This document shows positions 59,101 through 64,000 of a stretch of DNA of 64,000 bases, piece by piece. Under the pieces are notes generated by a model, which saw nothing but the letters and a program-made list of their open reading frames with translations, had not been told where the DNA came from and made no database searches. The stretch lies in the NCBI GenBank assembly GCA_044344255.1, contig JBIJDH010000008.1, forward strand, positions 128,001 to 192,000, given 5' to 3'. Position 1 is the stretch's first letter; each line of letters begins with the position of its first letter. The translations under genes and the position numbers were made by a program. This DNA comes from Myxococcota bacterium (GTDB taxonomy: Bacteria > Myxococcota_A > UBA796 > UBA2385).

Positions 59101-59549
59101 CCAGCCAGCAGCCCCTGGAGGATCTGCTCCACCCTCCCCCAGTCGAGGCGACCGGTCAGCCCGAGCAGCCCTCGCCCCTCGATGAGCTCCATCGCCAGCC
59201 AGGGGCTGCCCACAGGGAAGCCGCTCGCGGGATCGAGCTCAGCCTCGCGCTCGGTGATCTCGCCGTAGTCCAACACCGTGACGATGTTGGGGTGGTCGAG
59301 CCGGGCCATGGCCCGAACCTCGGCCCGAAAGCGCTCGAGGAACCAAGGGTCACCGGCGAAGGTAGAGTGCACCACCTTGATCGCCACCGGCACCTGCTCG
59401 CGGCGGTGCAGGCCTCTCCAGACCGCGCCCATCCCTCCCTGCCCCAGCGGCTCATCGAGGCTGAAGGGGCCCACCTCCACCGGTCGGGCAGCGCGCACCA
59501 GGGGCCTCCGCCAAGCGGCACAAGAGAGGAGGAGCAAGGGCGAAGCCAA
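56196..59549 (-). CDS. Ser/Thr kinase-AAA ATPase-TPR protein
   Basis: HRDIKPGN, DFG, GPAGCGKTS, LDDVQW, TGGNPLF, TPR-like C-terminus. Alternative GTG start at 59498. Confidence 0.92.
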   Translation of the reverse strand: MASPLLLLSCAAWRRPLVRAARPVEVGPFSLDEPLGQGGMGAVWRGLHRREQVPVAIKVVHSTFAGDPWFLERFRAEVRAMARLDHPNIVTVLDYGEITEREAELDPASGFPVGSPWLAMELIEGRGLLGLTGRLDWGRVEQILQGLLAGLAHAHARGVLHRDIKPGNIVVAADRAVLLDFGLATTHGELTDPEVLGPGVGTAAYMPPEQVRGQAGRYGPWSDLYSLGAVGWALVTGQPPFGRGRSIEALLEAQLHAPLPPLFPLPPSSLPAASPDVARAAVPEGLQAWLGRMLAKDPAHRFQRAADAAGALSHIGPPGAAATGWRRPLPSSPAAGERRRPSMRLVGAGLGLFGLRRLPVVGREAAQRGLWESALDLDRGAGGIVLLQGPAGCGKTSLARWLGERLHELGVADVVEGVHGQRAAAADGLGPALGRWLRVTGLGLEEAREQLRDELGPIEEPLLAEALALTTAEGQRARPFASAVERYAATRRLLLACAARRPIVVRLDDVQWGLDSLAFIRHFVSREAFGRCPVLFLLTARELTPESAADQQLAALLSTPLARRIEVGPLAPGWRQTLIREHLRVEGDLARDIEQRTGGNPLFAVQLVGDWVQRGLLVPGETGFRLRDGASAELPDDLHSLWQQRLGAALEGMERGEREAVEVAATLGMSVDRAEWAVACRAVGAWASPRLMEALLSRGLVQSEGEGQWSFIHAMLRESVLREAEAGQRSARWHQAAADMLRPRLERNPALALRLGRHLRLVGAFEEALEPLSRGAWQCVRDSEYQAAEVALAEREELLDRLGLPPLDRRRVEGAIMGARVARRRGALDRARRLTEEAERDARASGQGDLLVEALRERSRLDWHAGRRRAALGALLEATELAQDPPARAWCLRDQGLLLAELGEDDRARPPLEVAVQAFEDEPFGRATAEVALARLCHRAGLPFEAHLRAAEAGFSQSIRSQEPAHARVGLGDVARLSGDLPTAEAHYRAALDRFRDLGAPGSDAAAFHLVGVLLRQGKGAEANDQSRALLRSLLEEARGGRLLAAYVCEAAVAAVRGQWRTFDRLLVAAQADLRRTELDADSREMLDFAAGIAEQAGDLPRAAAARGLSRAPRPRA

Positions 59550-59637
59550 GGGGTGCTGGGAGCGGTTCGACGCTCATCGCCCGAGGCGGGTATCTTAGGG
59601 TTAGAAGACCAGCGCAGCGCGAATATCGCCTCTGCGC

Positions 59638-61437
59638 TCAGACGACCAGGGCCCGCGCGAGGTCCTCCATTCGGCGCCCCTGCCAGCGGCGGCGCCAGCC
59701 GCTCCCGGGGTCTCTCCAGCGAGCGATGCGGGCGGTGAACCAGTCGGCGTAGGGGTAGCGCTCCCCGCGCGGCTGGCGGATGTGGGAGATGAGCCCGTCG
59801 AGCCGGTCCAAGCGCCCCGAGATCACGGCCAGGCCGGCGTAGAGATCGTGGAGGCGGACGCTCGGCGGGGAGGTGGGGTGCTCGCGCTTGAGCGCTCGGT
59901 CATGGACGATCCCGATGCGGAGCAAGAGCTCGACCTCGTCTACGAGGGTGCGCAGATCGAGGCCGGCCGCGAGGGTCGTGCCGACCCGCCGCGCGATCTC
60001 CGCCTCACAAAAGGCCCCAGCCCGCGCGAGCCGCAGGTGGGAGCCCTCCTGGGACGGGGGCGCCCAGCCCTCCACGAGCTCACCGAGCTCAGCCTCGGTC
60101 AGCGGACGCAGACGGTCGACGCGCAGGGCGCCTGCTCCCCGGGGGCCACCGCTGGCCTCGAGCAAGACCCGCTCCACCGCCCCCTTCGGGCTGAGGCGCT
60201 CCAGGACGGCGTGGATCACCGCCGGGCCCTCGCCCGCGCGTCGGTAGAGGCCGGGAGCGAGCGAGACGACGAGGTCGTTGTGGCGGTCTGGGCGCCGCGG
60301 CGCCCCGCGCGGAGGGGGGAGCAAGAGCGAGACAGGGGGGTCGCTGGCCCCGGCGCCGTCTGCCGCTTGGACGTTCGGCGATCGGCGGACGAGCAGCCAG
60401 GCCAAGCCGCCGAGGGCCCCGGAGACGAACACCGCCAGCAGATCCCGGCGCCCCTCCGAAGCGGTGGGCTCGACGGGGAGGGTGTCGGGGACCACCGCGG
60501 GGCCGGTCCACCACCGGAGGAGCGAGAAGACCACGAGCATGGCGGCGCCCGCGTGCGCGAGCTGCACCACCGGCCCATGCAGATCCACGTGGAGATCGAC
60601 AACGTCGAGCGAAGCGAAGGGGAGGATCGCCAGCGACGCCCGCTGACCGACCGACAGCAGACCGAGCACGAGGCCGCCCACGACCAGGGGAGGCAGCGCC
60701 TCCCGGCGCAGATGGCGCTGCCAGCCGAGGGCCGAGCGCAGCGCGGCGGCGCTGACCTTCGCGCCGTCCGCCGACGGCAGGGGGGCCAGCCACCAGCTGC
60801 CGTTCACCGCCGCCCCGGCGAGCAGGTACGGCCGCTCCCCCTCGGGAGCGCGCCGCAAGATCCGGCTCATCAGGCCGAGGATGTTCCGCCGACGCCGATC
60901 GAAGAGCAAGAGGACCCCCGCCGCCGAGGCCCCCCAGAGGGCGCCGACCAGGGAGGAGGGGATCGCGATGTCACGGCCGCCGAGCGACAGGAAGCTGAGA
61001 TCGTCCTGGGTTCGCCCGAAGGCGGCCAACCGGGCCGCGTAGGACTCATCGAGGGCTCGGAGGCGGGCGACCCGATCCTGCCGCGTCGCCAAGACCCCGG
61101 CGGGCTCCTCCGGAGGCGCCGTGAGGGGGCGGCGCTCCCCGTTCACCCTCGCTTGCCTCGCCGCGACCTCGGCCGGCGCACGCTGTGCCGCCCAGCGGCG
61201 AGCGGCCACCTCGTTCGCGGCGGTGGCGCGCTCGATCTCGCGCTGCGACCGCGCCCACTCGGCCACGACCGCCGCCCGCTCCGAGCGCAGCTCCCCCGCA
61301 TGGCGGAAGTTCGGGACCACGAGGGTGATGAAGGCGACGCCGAGCGCAGACCCGGCCAGCCAGATGAAGCGGCGTGTGCCCTCGAGCAGGGCCGCGAGCT
61401 CCTCGGATTGGGCCTTCAGCACCGGATCTTCGGACAC
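59638..61437 (-). CDS. Hypothetical membrane protein
   Basis: GGAGG RBS plus GTG, several TM helices, long ORF. Confidence 0.65.
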   Translation of the reverse strand: MSEDPVLKAQSEELAALLEGTRRFIWLAGSALGVAFITLVVPNFRHAGELRSERAAVVAEWARSQREIERATAANEVAARRWAAQRAPAEVAARQARVNGERRPLTAPPEEPAGVLATRQDRVARLRALDESYAARLAAFGRTQDDLSFLSLGGRDIAIPSSLVGALWGASAAGVLLLFDRRRRNILGLMSRILRRAPEGERPYLLAGAAVNGSWWLAPLPSADGAKVSAAALRSALGWQRHLRREALPPLVVGGLVLGLLSVGQRASLAILPFASLDVVDLHVDLHGPVVQLAHAGAAMLVVFSLLRWWTGPAVVPDTLPVEPTASEGRRDLLAVFVSGALGGLAWLLVRRSPNVQAADGAGASDPPVSLLLPPPRGAPRRPDRHNDLVVSLAPGLYRRAGEGPAVIHAVLERLSPKGAVERVLLEASGGPRGAGALRVDRLRPLTEAELGELVEGWAPPSQEGSHLRLARAGAFCEAEIARRVGTTLAAGLDLRTLVDEVELLLRIGIVHDRALKREHPTSPPSVRLHDLYAGLAVISGRLDRLDGLISHIRQPRGERYPYADWFTARIARWRDPGSGWRRRWQGRRMEDLARALVV

Positions 61438-61556
61438 GATCGCCTCCCGGAGTCAAACGCTCCGCCTCCGCACCGTAGCACGCGACCACGGCGCGCAGCG
61501 GGGGAGGGCCGTGGTTCCAGGACGAGGGGCCCCAGAACGAGAGGATCCGAAACGAC

Positions 61557-61580
61557 AAAACCCCGCCGATTGGGCGGGGA
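61557..61580 (-). terminator. Rho-independent terminator of the tRNA cluster
   Basis: Minus strand CCCCGCC-CAATC-GGCGGGG-TTTT downstream of tRNA-Arg. Confidence 0.7.
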
Positions 61581-61623
61581 TCAGTGTCCAGATGTGTATA
61601 CATCCGGAAGAAAAAACCAAAAA

Positions 61624-61700
61624 TGGCGCACCCAAAGGGAGTCGAACCCCTAACCTTCGGATCCGTAGTCCGACGCTCTATCCAATTGAGCTATGGGTGC
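61624..61700 (-). tRNA. tRNA-Arg(ACG)
   Basis: GCACCCA..TCGGA-CTACGGA-TCCGA..GGTTCGACTC..GCCA. Confidence 0.97.
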
Positions 61701-61954
61701 ATTCAAGAACGGGCGCAGAAACCAAACCACCTACCTTTGTTCAGCTACTTGGTTCAGCTACATGCGCGCCGCAGATAGCCAACTTTCCACTTCCAGGCCA
61801 CCCCGATCACCAAAAATGGGACCTCACGACCGCTCACCACTATCTATCGACCCACTACCCATCAGCAAGAGCCGATGTGTGTCCAGATCCCCCAAACGGG
61901 GCCCACTGCTGAGCGGAGATCCTCAGACGATGGGTCGTCACTTCCGGGGAGAAG

Positions 61955-62047
61955 TGGCGGAGACGGAGGGATTCGAACCCTCGGTAAGGTTTTTGACCCT
62001 ACTTTTGCTTAGCAAGCAAACCCCTTCGGCCTCTCGGGCACGTCTCC
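61955..62047 (-). tRNA. tRNA-Ser(GCT)
   Basis: GGAGACG..TTTGC-TTGCTAA-GCAAA, long variable arm, GTTCGAATC, CCA. Confidence 0.95.
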
Positions 62048-62143
62048 CAACTTCACGCACCTGAACTGCTCGGACCCACGATCTAAGGGCACATTCTTCA
62101 AGAAGAACGGCGATTGTAAAGATCACACACCCGACGAATCAGG

Positions 62144-62228
62144 CGGAGGCGGTGGGATTCGAACCCACGGTCCCTTGCAGGACGACGGTTTTCAAGACCG
62201 TTGCCATCGACCACTCGGCCACACCTCC
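62144..62228 (-). tRNA. tRNA-Ser(TGA), CCA not encoded
   Basis: GGAGGTG..ACGGT-CTTGAAA-ACCGT, variable arm, ends G-CCT. Confidence 0.95.
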
Positions 62229-62322
62229 GAATCCCATCGAGCCAGAGGCCCGCGCGGGTTTCGCAAGCCACAGGCCAGCGGAGCGCCCACCTTCTAACGA
62301 CACCCCCCAAAGCTGGCAAGGC

Positions 62323-63006
62323 TCAGGGCAGAACTTCACCCGGAGCCTCCGACCACCTATCCCATTCATCGGCGAAGACCCTACCGATCTGCTCCTCGAC
62401 CTCGACGAGCTCCACCGCAGGCGAGCGGACTCCCCCGCCGCTCCCGGCCGCCGGAGCGAGCTCATCCCAGAGGCGGGTGACGAGCGCGCTGTCCATCCCG
62501 CAGGGGGCGATGCGCTCAAAGCCCGCACGGTCGATGCTCACGTTGAGGGAGAAGCCGTGCCAGCTCACCCAGCGGCGGCAGGCGATGCCGATGGCGCCGA
62601 TCTTCCGGCCGCGCACCCACACCCCGGTGTTGCGGGGGTCACGCCCGGCAGCCACGCCGAAGCGCGCGAGAGCGAGGATGAGAACCTCCTCGATAAAGCG
62701 CATCCAAGCGTGGAGATCGCGGCGGTGCTCCGGAAGCAGGACGACCGGGTACCCGACGAGCTGACCCGGGCCGTGATGGGTGACGTCCCCTCCCCGCTCC
62801 ACCGCCAGGACGGGGGTGTCTCCGGGGGCGAAGACGTGGCTCGCCGCCCCCCGAGCCCGGCCGAGGGTATAGACAGGATCGTGCTCACAGAGGAACAGCC
62901 GGTCTGGCGCCGCCCCCTGAAGGCGAGCAACCAGGGCCTCGACCATCCGGGCGTGGGCCTCGGCATACGGGAGCCTCCCCCAGCGGACGAGCTCGAGGCG
63001 GCTCAC
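62323..63006 (-). CDS. lipB: Lipoyl(octanoyl) transferase
   Basis: EHDPVYTLG, RGGDVTHHGPGQLVGYP, KIGAIG, PCG. Confidence 0.96.
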   Translation of the reverse strand: MSRLELVRWGRLPYAEAHARMVEALVARLQGAAPDRLFLCEHDPVYTLGRARGAASHVFAPGDTPVLAVERGGDVTHHGPGQLVGYPVVLLPEHRRDLHAWMRFIEEVLILALARFGVAAGRDPRNTGVWVRGRKIGAIGIACRRWVSWHGFSLNVSIDRAGFERIAPCGMDSALVTRLWDELAPAAGSGGGVRSPAVELVEVEEQIGRVFADEWDRWSEAPGEVLP

Positions 63007-63629
63007 CCCTGCTCCGCGAAGAGCCGCTCCACCTCGGCGAGCACGAGCGCGTGCACCTCGGCGACGGAGCCCGAGGCGTCGAGGCGGACCACCCGCTCAC
63101 CCCGGCTCCGGCAGTGCACCACGACGGCGCTGTAGGCGTCGGTCACATCGCGGAGCCGCTCGAGCGCCTCGAAGCGCTCTGGCGCCCCGCCACGGGCCTG
63201 GACACGGGCGAGACAGACCTCGGGGCTCAGCTCCAGCACCAGGGTGAGGTCTGGACGGCGGAAGGTCGCGTTCAGCTCGGCCACCGCCGCGAAGCCGATG
63301 GCCGCCGACTGATACGCGAGGCTCGAGTGGTAGTAGCGGTCCGAGACCACCACTGCGCCCCGCTGCAGGGCTGGGACCACCTCCCGATCGAGGTGGTCGC
63401 GGCGGTCCGCGGCGAAGAGGTAGGGCAGGACGGCGTCACCGAGGCGCGCGTTGCTGCTGCCGAGCGTGAGCGCCTCCCGGATGAAGCGCCCCACCGGCCC
63501 GCTGGAGGGCTCAGCGGTGCGCTGGACCTCCCTCGCGCCTCGGGCGCGCAGCCACTCCGTGAGGAGGCCCACCTGGGTGGTGCCACCCGAGCCGTCGATG
63601 CCTTCGATGACGATGAAGAGCGGTCGCAT
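63003..63629 (-). CDS. tmk: Thymidylate kinase
   Basis: EGIDGSGGTTQ, LFAADR, SDRYYHSSLAYQ. Confidence 0.93.
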   Translation of the reverse strand: MRPLFIVIEGIDGSGGTTQVGLLTEWLRARGAREVQRTAEPSSGPVGRFIREALTLGSSNARLGDAVLPYLFAADRRDHLDREVVPALQRGAVVVSDRYYHSSLAYQSAAIGFAAVAELNATFRRPDLTLVLELSPEVCLARVQARGGAPERFEALERLRDVTDAYSAVVVHCRSRGERVVRLDASGSVAEVHALVLAEVERLFAEQG

Positions 63630-63787
63630 GGCGCCTCCCTTAACCCGGGCGACCTCTGACGGGGACCCTCTCCGGCCTGCCCACCGCGGTCGGCCGCATC
63701 CGGCCAAGCACAACCGTTGCCAGCTTCTCACCGATTCGCCCCCCGATGCGGTGGGGACTCGGGTACAAGGACAGCGTCGGAGGAACA

Positions 63788-64000
63788 ATGAACTCATCCA
63801 TGCTCCTGGCCCTCTCCCTTGTCGGCGGCGCCCTGTTTGCGGGTCGCGCCGAGGCGGCCGCGCCCCGGCCCATGAGCTCGGCCCCAGGCGCCGAGGCAGA
63901 GTCCATCCACGACAACCTCCTCGCCAACTTCAACGCCCACTTTTACCCTGAGCGGCTGGTGGGCTCCGCTGAGCTCGCGGCGCATGCTCACGAGGGTGAT
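63788..64000 (+). CDS. Secreted protein (3' partial)
   Basis: GGAGG RBS, MNSSMLLALSLVGGALFAGRAEA signal peptide, frame open to the window end. Confidence 0.7.
   Translation, partial: MNSSMLLALSLVGGALFAGRAEAAAPRPMSSAPGAEAESIHDNLLANFNAHFYPERLVGSAELAAHAHEGD

Noticed and set aside
56523..59738. 1071-aa plus-strand ORF (and similar long antisense ORFs at 17478-20276 and 30851-33589)
   Set aside because: Shadows of well-supported opposite-strand genes.
61800..61945. Three loose GATC..GGG..CAC repeats between the tRNAs
   Set aside because: Too degenerate and irregularly spaced to support.

Overview
64 kb of very GC-rich bacterial chromosome. Two MYXO-CTERM-type sorting tails, Ser/Thr kinases, FG-GAP/vWA/PEGA lipoproteins and a DUF1501 cluster point to a Myxococcota-like organism (inference). 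About 50 CDS are supported, including asnS, lipB, tmk, an agmatinase, TldD/PmbA, an ECF sigma/anti-sigma/Spy trio and MFS/POT transporters, plus three tRNAs (Arg-ACG, Ser-GCT, Ser-TGA). I saw no CRISPR array, rRNA, integrase or transposase. Best leads: (1) a translationally coupled operon (1914-6146) joining a radical SAM enzyme with the Cys-motif layout of tetraether synthase (Tes/GDGT-MAS) to a FabG-like SDR, a class III aminotransferase and a catalytically degenerate SDR; (2) an unannotated ~116-nt tRNA-like cloverleaf (44558-44673) with an 8-bp acceptor stem and enlarged D-arm, divergent from a tandem-HTH protein; (3) a decaying two-component locus whose regulator 3' end is duplicated around a lower-GC FG-GAP gene; (4) a lipoprotein Memo paired with an alpha/alpha-toroid lipoprotein; (5) animal-like biliverdin reductase A and NPEPL1 homologues. 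All calls come from motif recognition by eye, with no database searches. Several starts were adjusted from the ORF track.
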